The notes: generated from the sequence alone by a model not told the origin. A stretch of 64,000 bases of DNA from Candidatus Omnitrophota bacterium (GCA_043814965.1 JBDRJN010000003.1:136677-200676); one strand, 5' to 3'; counted from the stretch's first letter, positions 1 to 11,000 are shown. Made by a program: numbers and translations.

Positions 1-16
1 CCAGACCTTAGTTAAG

Positions 17-42
17 GTAGGGGAGCTTTAAAGCTCCCCTAC
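17..42. repeat. GTAG-type REP-like palindrome downstream of lipA
   Basis: gtaggggagctttaaagctcccctac is a perfect palindrome (extends to 12..47); related copies at 17431, 17658, 18351, 18484. Confidence 0.75.
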
Positions 43-62
43 CTTAAATCGCGTCTATAGGC

Positions 63-932
63 TTAGTTTTCGAGTGACGATCTTGCAAAGGGCTTTGATA
101 TTACATCCTTAAAGCCTATGTCTTTTGCCATCACCGCAAATTCATCAAATTCTTCTGGGGCTAAAAATCTCTTTACCTCTACTGAATCAGATCTTGGCCT
201 TAGGTATTGGCCTATTACTATAATATCACACCCTGAAGCCTTGAGATCCCTCATCGTGTTATATATCTCTTCTTTGTCCTCGCCTAGTCCTGCCATCAAG
301 CCGCTCTTAGTAGTAATAAAAGGGCTTGTTGACTTAGCTTGTTTAATAACGCCCAAGGACCTGTCGTAATCAGCTTCTTTCCGTATGTCGCCATACAGCC
401 TGGGCACTGTCTCAATATTGTGAGAAAATACATTAGGCCCGGCAAGGACTACTTTTTCTATAGACTCCCTATTTCCTCCAAAATCTGGCACCAGCACTTC
501 TATATGCAATAGACTCTCAAACCCTCTTAATATCTCTACGGCCTTGGCAAAATGTTTTGCGCCCCCATCTTCTAGATCGTCTCTTGTGACAGAAGTTATG
601 GTAACTCTCTTAGCGCCCATTCTCCTGACAGCCTCCTTTATATTTAAGAGTTCTGTCGGATCTGGCCTTTCTAGGCCTACCTTTTTTGTATCTATCGCGC
701 AAAATGCGCAATTCCTTGTGCAGAATTTTCCCAATATAAGAAAAGTGCACTTCTTCTTCGAAAAACATTCATGTATGTTGGGGCATCTCGCGCTTTGACA
801 GACAGTATTTAACTCCAAGTCTTTCAACAGCATGCTAGTCTCTTTTATGGATATATTATTTTTTACTGACTGCCTTATCCAACAGGGAAATCTCTTCGAA
901 TGAGGCAATGGCTTTAGCTTTAGCATCCTCAA
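63..932 (-). CDS. lipA: Lipoyl synthase
   Basis: CQSARCPNIHEC (CX4CX5C), CTRNCAFC, HNIETV, GQYLRP, C-terminal RSS; adjacent to lipB; exact start uncertain (overlaps lipB). Confidence 0.95.
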   Translation of the reverse strand: MRMLKLKPLPHSKRFPCWIRQSVKNNISIKETSMLLKDLELNTVCQSARCPNIHECFSKKKCTFLILGKFCTRNCAFCAIDTKKVGLERPDPTELLNIKEAVRRMGAKRVTITSVTRDDLEDGGAKHFAKAVEILRGFESLLHIEVLVPDFGGNRESIEKVVLAGPNVFSHNIETVPRLYGDIRKEADYDRSLGVIKQAKSTSPFITTKSGLMAGLGEDKEEIYNTMRDLKASGCDIIVIGQYLRPRSDSVEVKRFLAPEEFDEFAVMAKDIGFKDVISKPFARSSLEN

Positions 933-1503
933 AACCTATCTTTCTGCCCAATATATCAGTTAAAGATGTCATGTTTACACTTTCGATACCGCAGGGCCTT
1001 ATAAAAGAAAAACCATCTTTATCTGATGTTATATTAATAGCCATGCCATGATAAGTAGTCCACTTCTTTACGCCTATCCCTATAGAAGCTATTTTATCCT
1101 GGCCTACCCAAACACCTCTAAAACCGTGTTTTCTTACCCCGAACACACCATACTTGGAAAGGAATCTTATGCCTACTTCTTCCAGGTATTCCAAAAATAA
1201 ATGTATATCTCTTGCTTCGTTTTCCAGCCTGACTATAGGGTACAAGACTAATTGTCCAAACCCATGATAAGTAACATCCCCGCCCCTATCGATATTTACA
1301 ATATTGATGCCTTTCGATAAGAGCTCTTCTTCTGAAAGCAGGATATTACCAGCATCGCTGAGCCTTCCAGCAGTTATTACAGGGTAATGCCGAGTGACTA
1401 GAACTGTATTGTCTCTCTTTTTCTCTGAGACATCCTGTACCAGATCAAGCTGTATCTTATATGTATCTAAAAATTCGGTTAGCCCAAGATCAATAATATT
1501 CAT
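856..1503 (-). CDS. lipB: Lipoyl(octanoyl) transferase
   Basis: RGGDVTYHGxGQLVLYPI, KIASIG, IRPCG motifs. Confidence 0.95.
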   Translation of the reverse strand: MNIIDLGLTEFLDTYKIQLDLVQDVSEKKRDNTVLVTRHYPVITAGRLSDAGNILLSEEELLSKGINIVNIDRGGDVTYHGFGQLVLYPIVRLENEARDIHLFLEYLEEVGIRFLSKYGVFGVRKHGFRGVWVGQDKIASIGIGVKKWTTYHGMAINITSDKDGFSFIRPCGIESVNMTSLTDILGRKIGFEDAKAKAIASFEEISLLDKAVSKK

Positions 1504-1505
1504 CT

Positions 1506-2726
1506 TTATTTAAACCTGACCTTGTATGATTCAAGATGATGTGTCAAACCTTCTATCTTGGTCATCTTCTCGATCGCTACCTTTTCTTTTTCAAGGGCCT
1601 TCTTGGAATAGTTGATAGTATGAGAGCTTTTAAGAAAACTCCTTACATTAAGCCCTGAAAAAAACCTTGCTGTCCCTCCAGTAGGAAGTACGTGGCTTGG
1701 GCCAGCGACATAATCCCCTATACATACAGGAGAATAAGGGCCTATGAATATAGCCCCTGCATTTCTTATAAGCCTCAGGACCTTGTTGGGCCTTTTGACC
1801 AATATCTCTAGATGCTCGGGCGCTATTCTATTGATCACTTCAGCTGCCTGTTCTACATTCTTTGCAAGCACAATATAGCCTTTATCTATCTCTTTTTTTA
1901 TCATATTAGCGAATTTTTTAGAAGTAGTGACTAGTATGCCAGTGCCTTTCAAGTGTTCTCTCTGAGCCAATAGATCCTCTACTACATAATCCTTGTCTGA
2001 AAATTGATTTGCAAATACTACCACTTCGCTAGGGCCAGCGAGCATATCTATATCAACATATCCGAACACCTGCCTCTTGGCCTCTGTCACATAATCATTG
2101 CCAGGCCCGACTATCTTGTCGACCTTAGGGATGGTCTTTGTGCCAAAAGCAAGCGCTGCTATAGCCTGCGCGCCCCCAACTTTATATATCTCATCTACTT
2201 TTAATAGATTTGCGACTGCCAGTATATGAGGATCAATAAATCCGTCTTTATTGGGCGGGGTGGCGAGGATTATCCTTTTTACGCCTGCTATCTTTGCAGG
2301 CAGCACGCTCATATAGACGCTTGATACCAAAGGCGCGGTCCCTGCAGGTACATATATGCCAACTGTCTCTATAGGCCTAAATATCTCTCCGAGCTCTACG
2401 CCTTCATCCTGTTTTATCTTCCATGCCTTGGGAAATTGCTTTTTGTGAAATTTTTCTATATTGCCTATTATACCCTTAAGGCTAGATATAAAATCTGTAT
2501 CGATGTTCTGGTAAGCCCCGTTTATCTCACCTGCGGTAACCCTAAGATCCTTAGGGGAAAGTTTTACACGGTCGAATTTTCTAGTATACCTAAGGACTGC
2601 CTTGTCTCCATTATCCCTGACATCTTCTATTATCCTGCGGACTTTTTCTGTGACCCTTTTTTTATTGCAATAATATCTTTCACATAGGTTGCGTATTTCT
2701 TTGCTGGACAGTTTTAAGATCTTCAT
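1506..2726 (-). CDS. hisD: Histidinol dehydrogenase
   Basis: GGAQAIAALAFGT, KIVGPGN, AGPSE, APEHL, GPSHVLPT. Confidence 0.96.
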   Translation of the reverse strand: MKILKLSSKEIRNLCERYYCNKKRVTEKVRRIIEDVRDNGDKAVLRYTRKFDRVKLSPKDLRVTAGEINGAYQNIDTDFISSLKGIIGNIEKFHKKQFPKAWKIKQDEGVELGEIFRPIETVGIYVPAGTAPLVSSVYMSVLPAKIAGVKRIILATPPNKDGFIDPHILAVANLLKVDEIYKVGGAQAIAALAFGTKTIPKVDKIVGPGNDYVTEAKRQVFGYVDIDMLAGPSEVVVFANQFSDKDYVVEDLLAQREHLKGTGILVTTSKKFANMIKKEIDKGYIVLAKNVEQAAEVINRIAPEHLEILVKRPNKVLRLIRNAGAIFIGPYSPVCIGDYVAGPSHVLPTGGTARFFSGLNVRSFLKSSHTINYSKKALEKEKVAIEKMTKIEGLTHHLESYKVRFK

Positions 2727-2729
2727 GGA

Positions 2730-5312
2730 TCACCTCATCATATTTTTTAGGACAGCTTTTCCTTTTTTTAATATCTCATCTATATCCTGGCCAGGCCTTC
2801 CTCCAGCCTGGGCAAAATCCTTCCTGCCGCCGCCTTTTATGCCAAAACTCGATCCTATTTCATTAAGGATAGTTACAGAATCTATCTTGTCATCTTTTAA
2901 GTCCTGAGAATACCCGATAATCAGTGCAAGTTTTCCATCTTTTTCTGAGGCAAGAATAAAAATAGTATTTTTTGATCTACCCTTGATAGTATCAGATGTC
3001 TTTCTAAGAAGCCCCATGTCAGCATTCTTTATCTCAGAGATGATCACTTCATGGTTCCCTATTCTTTCTTTATTATCCAGCATATCGCCTATATTTGACT
3101 GTGCTATCTTCTGGCCCAACGTCTCAAGATCCTTTTCTATTCTTTTGATCTTACTGGACGACTCTTCTATGGTTCTTTCAATGTGCGCAGGGTCTGTACC
3201 TAGGATAGCCGCTATCTCCAATATCAGGTCATTTTTTTCTTTCACCTTCTTTAATGCCTCGTCGCTTGTAGCAGCCTCGATCCTTCTTATCCCGCTCGCG
3301 ATCGAAGACTCGGACAATATCTTAAATAAACCTATACTGCCTGTTTCTTTTACGTGGCATCCGCCGCAAAGCTCCTTGCTGTACTCTCCAACGCTTACCA
3401 TCCTTACTTCATCTGAATATTTCTCGCCAAAGAGCGCCATTGCGCCCTGTTTTTTTGCATCCTCTAAAGGCATTGACTTTTTATTGACTATGCTGTTCTT
3501 TTTTATGGCTCTATTTACTATTTCTTCTATTCTGGATATCTCATCGCTTGTTAAAGCCTTGAAATGCGTAAAATCGAACCTGAGCCTGTCTGGCGCTACT
3601 AATGAGCCAGCCTGTTTTACATGCTCTCCCAGGACTTTTCTAAGCGCATAGTGAAGAATATGTGTCGCTGTATGGTTCTTCTTTATTTTTTCCCTGCGGG
3701 ATGCATCGACCCTCAACAAGACCTCTTCTCCTTTTTTTAGAGAGCCTTCTTTTACAATGACTTCGTGCTTGACAGCTCCTCCGACATCAACCGCATCCTT
3801 TATTTCTGCTATATTCTTATCGTGTTTTAGTATCTGGCCTGTATCACCTACCTGTCCGCCTTTTTCACCATAAAAATTAGTCTCTTTAAAAAATAAACTA
3901 CCCTTTTCGCCTTTTTGAAGTTCTCCTACTATACTGTTATCCTTTATGAGTTCTTCTATCTTGGCCTTTATCTCGAGCCTATCTTCTATGAACCTGGTTT
4001 CGCCCAATTTTAATCTATCCTCCACTGATACGTTATCGAATATGCTGCTTTTGATCTTGCTCTTTTCCCTTGATTTAGCCCTCTGTTCCTCCATGCAATC
4101 TTCGAATTCTTTAGTATCCACTGCCTTATTATTTGATTCCACTATCTCCTTGGTCAGCTCAAGCGGAAAACCATAAGTATCATAGAGCTTAAAAGCGTCT
4201 TTTCCTGAAAGCCTTTTCGAAGCCCCCTTGATCATTTCATTTAGATTAAGCAATCCTTCTTGAAGAGTTGCCTTGAACCTGTCTTCTTCTGCTTGGACAA
4301 CCTGAGAGATGCCTTCTTTATGTTTACTGATCTCTGGGTATGGCCTTTCCATGACTTTAGCAACTACGGGAACGATTCTATATAAAAATGGCTCTTTCAG
4401 GCCAAGCGATCTTCCATACCAAAAAGCCTTTCTTATGAGCTTGCGTATCACATAACCTCTTCCTTCGTTAGAGGGCAGTACTCCATCGCTTATTGCAAAT
4501 GTCACTGCCCTTACATGGTCAGCTATCGCGCTGATATATTTTACCAGGTCTTCCTTTGGGGAGGCCTGGATAGACTCTATTGAAAGATCCTTTATCATAT
4601 TTACGATAGGCGTGAATGAATCTATCTGGAAATTCGTAGATTTACCCTGTATGACCCTTGCAATTCTTTCCAACCCCATGCCAGTATCTATGTTTTTATT
4701 TGGAAGAGGTTCTAATTTTCCTCCATCATGCCTATCAAACTGGGTAAATACCAGGTTCCAGACTTCTACGCCATCCGCCCCGCCAAAAAAAATCTCCGAG
4801 CACGGCCCGCACGGCCCATTTGGGCCTTCTGTAGGCGCGTTCGCAGGCCAAAAATTATCCTTTTCACCTAATTTCAAGATATTTTCTTTAGGGATCCTTA
4901 TAATATCTTTCCAGATACTGTAGGCTTCCGGGTCATCTTTATATACAGATACCCACAGGTCTTTTTCCTTTAACCCGAGGTCTTTTGTAAGAAATTCCCA
5001 CGCCCAGGATATAGCCTCTTTTTTAAAATAATCCCCAAATGAAAAATTCCCGAGCATCTCAAAAAATGTATGGTGCCCTGCAGTCTTTCCAACATTATAA
5101 AGGTCACCAGTGCGAAGACACTTTTGGCATGTAGCAGCCCTGCGGGAGCCTTTGACTCTTCCTAAAAATTCATCTTTAAATTGATTCATGCCAGCTCCTG
5201 TAAAAAGGAGCGTAGGGTCATTGGAAGGGACCAGCGAATCGCTCGGATGTATAGCGTGCCCTCTATCTTTGAAAAAATCTAAGAATCTATCTCTTATCTC
5301 ATCTACTATCAT
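2730..5312 (-). CDS. alaS: Alanine--tRNA ligase
   Basis: HHTFFEMLGNFSFGDYFK, DTGMGLER, HTATH and ELCGGCH editing motifs, C-terminal GGG DHHA1 region. Confidence 0.98.
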   Translation of the reverse strand: MIVDEIRDRFLDFFKDRGHAIHPSDSLVPSNDPTLLFTGAGMNQFKDEFLGRVKGSRRAATCQKCLRTGDLYNVGKTAGHHTFFEMLGNFSFGDYFKKEAISWAWEFLTKDLGLKEKDLWVSVYKDDPEAYSIWKDIIRIPKENILKLGEKDNFWPANAPTEGPNGPCGPCSEIFFGGADGVEVWNLVFTQFDRHDGGKLEPLPNKNIDTGMGLERIARVIQGKSTNFQIDSFTPIVNMIKDLSIESIQASPKEDLVKYISAIADHVRAVTFAISDGVLPSNEGRGYVIRKLIRKAFWYGRSLGLKEPFLYRIVPVVAKVMERPYPEISKHKEGISQVVQAEEDRFKATLQEGLLNLNEMIKGASKRLSGKDAFKLYDTYGFPLELTKEIVESNNKAVDTKEFEDCMEEQRAKSREKSKIKSSIFDNVSVEDRLKLGETRFIEDRLEIKAKIEELIKDNSIVGELQKGEKGSLFFKETNFYGEKGGQVGDTGQILKHDKNIAEIKDAVDVGGAVKHEVIVKEGSLKKGEEVLLRVDASRREKIKKNHTATHILHYALRKVLGEHVKQAGSLVAPDRLRFDFTHFKALTSDEISRIEEIVNRAIKKNSIVNKKSMPLEDAKKQGAMALFGEKYSDEVRMVSVGEYSKELCGGCHVKETGSIGLFKILSESSIASGIRRIEAATSDEALKKVKEKNDLILEIAAILGTDPAHIERTIEESSSKIKRIEKDLETLGQKIAQSNIGDMLDNKERIGNHEVIISEIKNADMGLLRKTSDTIKGRSKNTIFILASEKDGKLALIIGYSQDLKDDKIDSVTILNEIGSSFGIKGGGRKDFAQAGGRPGQDIDEILKKGKAVLKNMMR

Positions 5313-5392
5313 TACATCTCAAAAGTTAGCAAAAGATACCTTATCAAACAGGCTTGAATTATTGTTCGGACAGCCTATAAAAATAAATAGTC

Positions 5393-6436
5393 TTAAGTTT
5401 TTGCCGGGGATTTGGCAAGTACAGTCTGTTTTATCTTTTTCTCTATTTCACTGCTCATCTTGATATTGTTCCTTAAATACTCTCTGGCTGATTCTCTTCC
5501 CTGGCCGATCTTTTCACTGTTATATGTAAGCCATGATCCGCTTTTCTCAAGTACGCCGGTCTCAACTCCCAGATCAAGTATACTTCCAGACCTGGAGATA
5601 CCTTCGTCATGCATGATATCGAACTCTGCTTTCTTAAAAGGCGGGGCGACTTTATTTTTTACTACCTTTGCCCTTATTCTTGCGCCTATCACATCGTCGC
5701 CTGTCTTTAATGCGCCGATCTTTCTAAGGTCTATCCTTACGGATGCGTAGAACTTTAAAGCCCTTCCTCCAGTAGTAGTCTCAGGATTTCCGAACATTAC
5801 GCCTATTTTTTCTCTTATCTGATTTATAAATATAACGCATGTATTGGTCTTGGAAATAATAGCTGTGAGTTTTCTTAAGGCCTGTGACATGAGGCGAGCT
5901 TGTAAGCCAATATGCCTATCGCCCATTTCGCCCTCTATCTCTGCTTTTGGTACTAATGCTGCAACAGAATCCACTACTATCAGATCCACTGCATTACTCC
6001 TAACGAGCATCTCGGCTATATCCAATGCCTGCTCGCCTGTATCAGGCTGGGAGATCAAAAGATCATCAAGATTGACACCTAGTTTTTTTGCATATGTAGG
6101 GTCAAGCGCGTGTTCAGCATCTATAAACGCAGCTACACCGCCTTGTTTCTGCACCTGAGAGATTATACTTAAGGTCAAAGTAGTCTTTCCTCCTGCCTCA
6201 GGCCCAAATATCTCAACGATCCTTCCTCTAGGCACTCCTCCTACGCCTAAAGCCAGGTCCAGAGATAATGCTCCTGTAGAGATCGAATCTACTTCAAAGT
6301 TTGTGCCCTGCCCTAGCTTCATAATAGAGCCTTTACCGAATTGTTTTTCTATCTGTGAAACCGCTGTATTCAATGCCTTGAGCTTATCATCAGTAGATAT
6401 TGTCTTTTTCTCGCTCTTTTCCATCTTTTTTACCAT
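5393..6436 (-). CDS. recA: Recombinase RecA
   Basis: [43 protein letters not shown]. Confidence 0.99.
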   Translation of the reverse strand: MVKKMEKSEKKTISTDDKLKALNTAVSQIEKQFGKGSIMKLGQGTNFEVDSISTGALSLDLALGVGGVPRGRIVEIFGPEAGGKTTLTLSIISQVQKQGGVAAFIDAEHALDPTYAKKLGVNLDDLLISQPDTGEQALDIAEMLVRSNAVDLIVVDSVAALVPKAEIEGEMGDRHIGLQARLMSQALRKLTAIISKTNTCVIFINQIREKIGVMFGNPETTTGGRALKFYASVRIDLRKIGALKTGDDVIGARIRAKVVKNKVAPPFKKAEFDIMHDEGISRSGSILDLGVETGVLEKSGSWLTYNSEKIGQGRESAREYLRNNIKMSSEIEKKIKQTVLAKSPAKT

Positions 6437-6541
6437 GACTTCCTCCTATTGTGATACAGATTGACCTACCATAAATTTTGGCGGGTGAGTTCAGCCAGCG
6501 GTTTATGTTTACTTCGTTCCATAAACCGCGACTTCATTCAA

Positions 6542-6570
6542 ATTATACAACTCTATCCAGTCAATGTAAA
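6542..6570 (-). promoter_or_regulatory. Putative sigma70 promoter of recA
   Basis: Minus strand TTTACA-17 nt-TATAAT upstream of recA. Confidence 0.55.
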
Positions 6571-6816
6571 GTAATTATTAATAATATGATATATATATAC
6601 CATATGGGCATTTTATTCTCAACTGTTTTCTATCGGACCACCTCCCCCTACTATATAAGACAATTCTAGAGGCTGTTTTCTTTCAAGAAAAATAACTTTT
6701 TTAGGATATGACACCTTCCCGATTGGGCGGGAAACAGCTTCCTTCACGGGTTGGAAAACGTCTCTGATTAGGATTAGGGCTTGATTATATAGCGCTTATT
6801 ACTTATAATAACTGCT

Positions 6817-8055
6817 ATGGATATAAAAGCTACGATAATATGTATAGGAAATGAAATAATGCTGGGGCATATTGCTAATACCAATGCCCAGTACATATCC
6901 AGCGCCCTATCAACCATAGGCATAAAGACTGTAAAGCAGCTCTCTATCCCCGATAACATTGAAGCAATATCCCTAGCAACAACAAAATCTCTCTATCACT
7001 CCAACATTGTCATAGTTACAGGCGGGTTAGGCCCAACAGTGGATGATATAACGCTTGAGTCTATTTCAAAAGCTCTCAATAAAAAATTGATACTCAATGA
7101 AACAGTCGCCAGACATATAAAGGATCATTTCAAAAAAAGGCATCTAGCGATGCCAAAAAACAACATGCGTCAGGCCCTGGTCCCGGAAGAAGCTACTTAT
7201 ATACTGAATAATGTAGGTACTGCGCCTGGGATAGTAATAACGCTTCCCAATAGATTGCTGATAGCTCTTCCAGGAGTGCCATTTGAGATGATGCCGATGA
7301 TGGATGATTTTGTGCTAAGTTATCTAAAAAAACATTTCAAGACAAATAGCACTATAAAATCCCGAGTCATAAAGATGACTGGTTTACCTGAATCAAAAGT
7401 AAATGAAAAACTAGAAGACATACTCAGGCTTTCCGGAAATATAGAGATGGGCATATACCCCTACCCCGAAGAGATAATAGTAAAGATAACTGCGCAGGAA
7501 GAAAACCTAAAAAAAGCTGCCAAGGCCATAGAAGAAATAGAAAAAAAGATACTATCCCGGATGAAAGACTATATATTCGGCTATGACAATGATACCCTGG
7601 AAGAGATCGTAGGTAAACTCCTCTCGAAAAAGAAAAACACTTTATCTATAGCTGAATCATGCACAGGGGGGCTGCTCGCAAATAGGATCACCAATGTTCC
7701 AGGGAGCTCCAGTTACTTTAAGGTGGGGATAGTAACATACTCGAATGAATCAAAAAACAAATCTCTAAATATACCTTTTTCTCTTATTAAAAAACATGGT
7801 GCCGTGTCTAAAGAAATCACTACCCTAATGGCAAAAAACATAAGACTGCTTTCGAGTAGCAGCATTGGCATAGGTATCAGTGGTATTGCCGGCCCTGGAG
7901 GAGGCACAAAAACTAAGCCCGTGGGACTTGTATATATAGCGCTTTCGACCAAAAATAGGACTATATGTAAAAGGTTCGGATTTTTAGGCCAGCGGAATAT
8001 TGTAAAGCAAAAAGCAACACAAGCTGCGCTCAATATGATCAGAACCAGCTTATGA
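6817..8055 (+). CDS. cinA: Competence/damage-inducible protein CinA (NMN deamidase domain)
   Basis: IGNEI, TGGLGPTVDDIT, LPGVP, AESCTGG, GIAGPGGG. Confidence 0.95.
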   Translation: MDIKATIICIGNEIMLGHIANTNAQYISSALSTIGIKTVKQLSIPDNIEAISLATTKSLYHSNIVIVTGGLGPTVDDITLESISKALNKKLILNETVARHIKDHFKKRHLAMPKNNMRQALVPEEATYILNNVGTAPGIVITLPNRLLIALPGVPFEMMPMMDDFVLSYLKKHFKTNSTIKSRVIKMTGLPESKVNEKLEDILRLSGNIEMGIYPYPEEIIVKITAQEENLKKAAKAIEEIEKKILSRMKDYIFGYDNDTLEEIVGKLLSKKKNTLSIAESCTGGLLANRITNVPGSSSYFKVGIVTYSNESKNKSLNIPFSLIKKHGAVSKEITTLMAKNIRLLSSSSIGIGISGIAGPGGGTKTKPVGLVYIALSTKNRTICKRFGFLGQRNIVKQKATQAALNMIRTSL

Positions 8056-8624
8056 ACACCATACGCGCTTTTATAGCTGTAGAGATCCCTCTTGCTATAA
8101 AAGAAAAACTTTCTCTCCTTATAAGCGATTTAAAAAAATCCAATGCTAATGTAAAATGGGTGGGCATAGAAGGCCTGCACTTTACCTTGAAATTCCTGGG
8201 CGATATTGAAAAAGATAAAGTAGGCGATATATCAAAAGAACTAAAAAAGATATCTAGTTCCTCTTCTATATTCTCTGTAAAGTTCTCAAAAATAGGCGCT
8301 TTTCCAAACATGAATAAACCCAGGGTGATATGGCTAGGAATAAGCCAGGGTGAGAATAACCTAATATCTCTTAATAAAAAAATAGAACTTTCTATGGAGG
8401 AACTGGGATTTCAGAAAGAAGGCCGTGAATATAAGGCTCATCTTACGTTAGGAAGGGTAAGGTCCTTTGAGAATATCTCTCAGCTTGCAAAGATAATAAA
8501 TTCTTTAAAAATACACATCAAAGGATCAGTTGAGATAAATAAAATAGTCCTTTATCAAAGCACGCTTACCCCAAAAGGCGCTATCTACACTCCTCTATCA
8601 GATCATACCCTTACAATATCGTAA
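8052..8624 (+). CDS. thpR: RNA 2',3'-cyclic phosphodiesterase (2'-5' RNA ligase family)
   Basis: Two HxT motifs (HFTLKFLG, HLTLGR); RAFIA N-terminus. Confidence 0.92.
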   Translation: MNTIRAFIAVEIPLAIKEKLSLLISDLKKSNANVKWVGIEGLHFTLKFLGDIEKDKVGDISKELKKISSSSSIFSVKFSKIGAFPNMNKPRVIWLGISQGENNLISLNKKIELSMEELGFQKEGREYKAHLTLGRVRSFENISQLAKIINSLKIHIKGSVEINKIVLYQSTLTPKGAIYTPLSDHTLTIS

Positions 8625-8656
8625 AAAGACATGTCCCCGGATAACATGCTCCAGGA

Positions 8657-9118
8657 TTATTTTGAGAACTCAAATACAAAATAATATATACCCTGCATGG
8701 TGAGATTCGCGTATATAGCTGCCAGGACATCGTCCAGGATTATTCCATGGGGGGACTTGAGCTTTTCAAGTTTAAATATCGGCCAAGGCTTGACCACATC
8801 AAAAAGCCTGAAAAAGAAATACGCTCCCGCCACGATCACTGGTTTTAATGGCAAAAGATACAATGCTATGAGCATCCCTATAAATTCATCCAGTACGATC
8901 TCCCTGGGATCCTCCCTGCCAAACTCTTTTTCAGCTTGTTTAATAGTCAAAAATCCTGCTATAAAGGACAATATGATCATTAAACTGTGTAAGGCAATAT
9001 TACCTCTTATAAAATAATATACTACTACAAGGCCTACAAAACTAGCCGCACTACCTGAAGCAAACGGCGCATATCCTACCCCAAATAAGCTGGCAATGGC
9101 CCTGGAAAACTTTTTCAT
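8657..9118 (-). CDS. pgpA: Phosphatidylglycerophosphatase A
   Basis: DPREIVLDE, FRLFDVVKPWPI, DDVLA. Confidence 0.93.
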   Translation of the reverse strand: MKKFSRAIASLFGVGYAPFASGSAASFVGLVVVYYFIRGNIALHSLMIILSFIAGFLTIKQAEKEFGREDPREIVLDEFIGMLIALYLLPLKPVIVAGAYFFFRLFDVVKPWPIFKLEKLKSPHGIILDDVLAAIYANLTMQGIYYFVFEFSK

Positions 9119-9684
9119 GACTTATCCCCCATAAATATATACTTATTCTTTAGCATAAAAGATACTCCGGATATCAAGGTCATGAGCACTGTTATAAACA
9201 TCAGTATATGAACACCCACAGCATAATAATCTATATAGCGAAAACTAAAACCGCTGTCCCTGATTACCAAAAATATAAGTATCGATATCACAGCCACCAT
9301 CTGCGATACGGTCTTGTGTTTTCCCGCGACCTCAGCTGAGAGCACTTTTTTCTGCGATAGAGCGTGTATCCTTATACCAGTAATAATAAACTCCCTTGTT
9401 ATGATCACCATCACCATCCACGCCGGCACTATCTTCATCTCGACAAATGCTAAAAACGCGCCCAACACCAGTATCTTATCCGCGATAGGGTCCATTAACT
9501 TGCCGAACGTGGTCATGAGGTTCAGCTTTCTTGCTAGAAGGCCATCGTAATAATCTGTGATGCACGCTGTTAAAAATAGCGCTAAAGCCGCAAACTTGGC
9601 GCCGGCGCCCCTGATAAATAAAAACAGTATAAAAAATACTGCTATCACGATCCTGGAAACAGTCAATTTATTGGGCAGGTTCAT
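9115..9684 (-). CDS. pgsA: CDP-diacylglycerol--glycerol-3-phosphate 3-phosphatidyltransferase
   Basis: NLPNKLT, DGLLAR...GKLMDPIADK CDP-alcohol phosphotransferase motif. Confidence 0.95.
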   Translation of the reverse strand: MNLPNKLTVSRIVIAVFFILFLFIRGAGAKFAALALFLTACITDYYDGLLARKLNLMTTFGKLMDPIADKILVLGAFLAFVEMKIVPAWMVMVIITREFIITGIRIHALSQKKVLSAEVAGKHKTVSQMVAVISILIFLVIRDSGFSFRYIDYYAVGVHILMFITVLMTLISGVSFMLKNKYIFMGDKS

Positions 9685-10940
9685 TGGGTGACCTCTCCTA
9701 CAAGGTCATATTCATATGTATCTATTATACGGGCATTATAGAATTTTCCAATATTTAATTTTTTATTTTTACTTTTTATATACACCAGGCCATCTACCTC
9801 TGGGGCGTCGTATTCGGTCCTACCTATAAAATCACCGTTAGACTCTTCCTCTACCAATACCTTTAAGACCTTTCCCTTAAGACCTTCATTGATGGTCTTT
9901 GATATAGCCTGCTGAGTGGCCATAGCCTCCTTAAAACGCTCTTCTTTTATATCCTCAGGCACTTGGCCTTTAAAACTATAAGCAGGGGTACTCTCTTCCC
10001 TGGAATATTTAAAAAGTCCGAGCCTTTCAAATCTTATATCTTCTATAAAATCCATCAGCTCTTCAAAATCTTTATCAGTCTCCCCGGGAAAACCAACTAT
10101 AAGAGATGTCCTAAGCGCTGATCCAGGTATCTTGGTACGTATATGATCTATCAAGGAAAGAATATCTTTTTTAGTGGTCTTACGGCCCATACCCTTAAGG
10201 ATCTTACTTGAGACATGTTCTATTGGAAGGTCTATATATCTACAGATATGATGGGAATCTTTTATAATATCTATGGTATCTTTATCAAGATTCTTGGGAT
10301 GGCAGTATAAAAGCCTTATCCAGTTATTATCTGACATGGAATCCAGCTTTTTAAGAAGCTCTCCCAGCCTTCTTTTCTTATACATATCCGTACCATATAA
10401 GGATGTATCCTGCCCTACTAAGACTATCTCTTTTATTCCATTTTTAATAGACGCTTCAGCTTCCTTGATGATATTATCCATAGGTTTACTTTTGTATGGG
10501 CCTTTTAGATAAGGGATAATGCAATATGTACACCTATTGAGGCAACCCTCTGAGATCTTGAGATATGCATAATAGCTGGGGGTCAAGAGTCTTTCTGGAG
10601 GGTCATTAAAAGTAGATTTAAAATCCAGCACTCCCCTAAATTCATCTACTTCCTTAAGTTCTTTCTTGAGCTCTTTCTGGTATCTCTCGCTCAAGCATCC
10701 GGCGACGATGATCCTCTTGATATCGCCTGACTTTTTGGCGTCAATGACCTTTAGGATAGTATCTATGGATTCCTTTTTGGCATCCTCTATAAAACTACAT
10801 GTATTTATGACCACAGTATCGGATCCTAGGGATTCATCCTTAAACACATAACCCTTTTTTTTGAATTCACCGGCTATATGCTCTGAATCCACCAGGTTTC
10901 TGGGGCACCCCAAGCTAATAATACTAAAAGTTTTCTTCAT
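9681..10940 (-). CDS. rimO: Ribosomal protein S12 methylthiotransferase
   Basis: SLGCPRNLVDSE, NTCSFI, EGCLNRCTYC, APEVDG in TRAM domain. Confidence 0.93.
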   Translation of the reverse strand: MKKTFSIISLGCPRNLVDSEHIAGEFKKKGYVFKDESLGSDTVVINTCSFIEDAKKESIDTILKVIDAKKSGDIKRIIVAGCLSERYQKELKKELKEVDEFRGVLDFKSTFNDPPERLLTPSYYAYLKISEGCLNRCTYCIIPYLKGPYKSKPMDNIIKEAEASIKNGIKEIVLVGQDTSLYGTDMYKKRRLGELLKKLDSMSDNNWIRLLYCHPKNLDKDTIDIIKDSHHICRYIDLPIEHVSSKILKGMGRKTTKKDILSLIDHIRTKIPGSALRTSLIVGFPGETDKDFEELMDFIEDIRFERLGLFKYSREESTPAYSFKGQVPEDIKEERFKEAMATQQAISKTINEGLKGKVLKVLVEEESNGDFIGRTEYDAPEVDGLVYIKSKNKKLNIGKFYNARIIDTYEYDLVGEVTQ

Positions 10941-11000
10941 AATAGAATAAAAAATAGGGGCGATCGCCCCTTTATGTAATATATGACCTTTCCTTCTAGA

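Noticed and set aside
2983-3651. Long plus-strand ORFs antisense to housekeeping genes (also 57990..58517, 60634..61188 and others)
   Set aside because: Shadow ORFs of well-supported minus-strand genes with no recognisable motifs.
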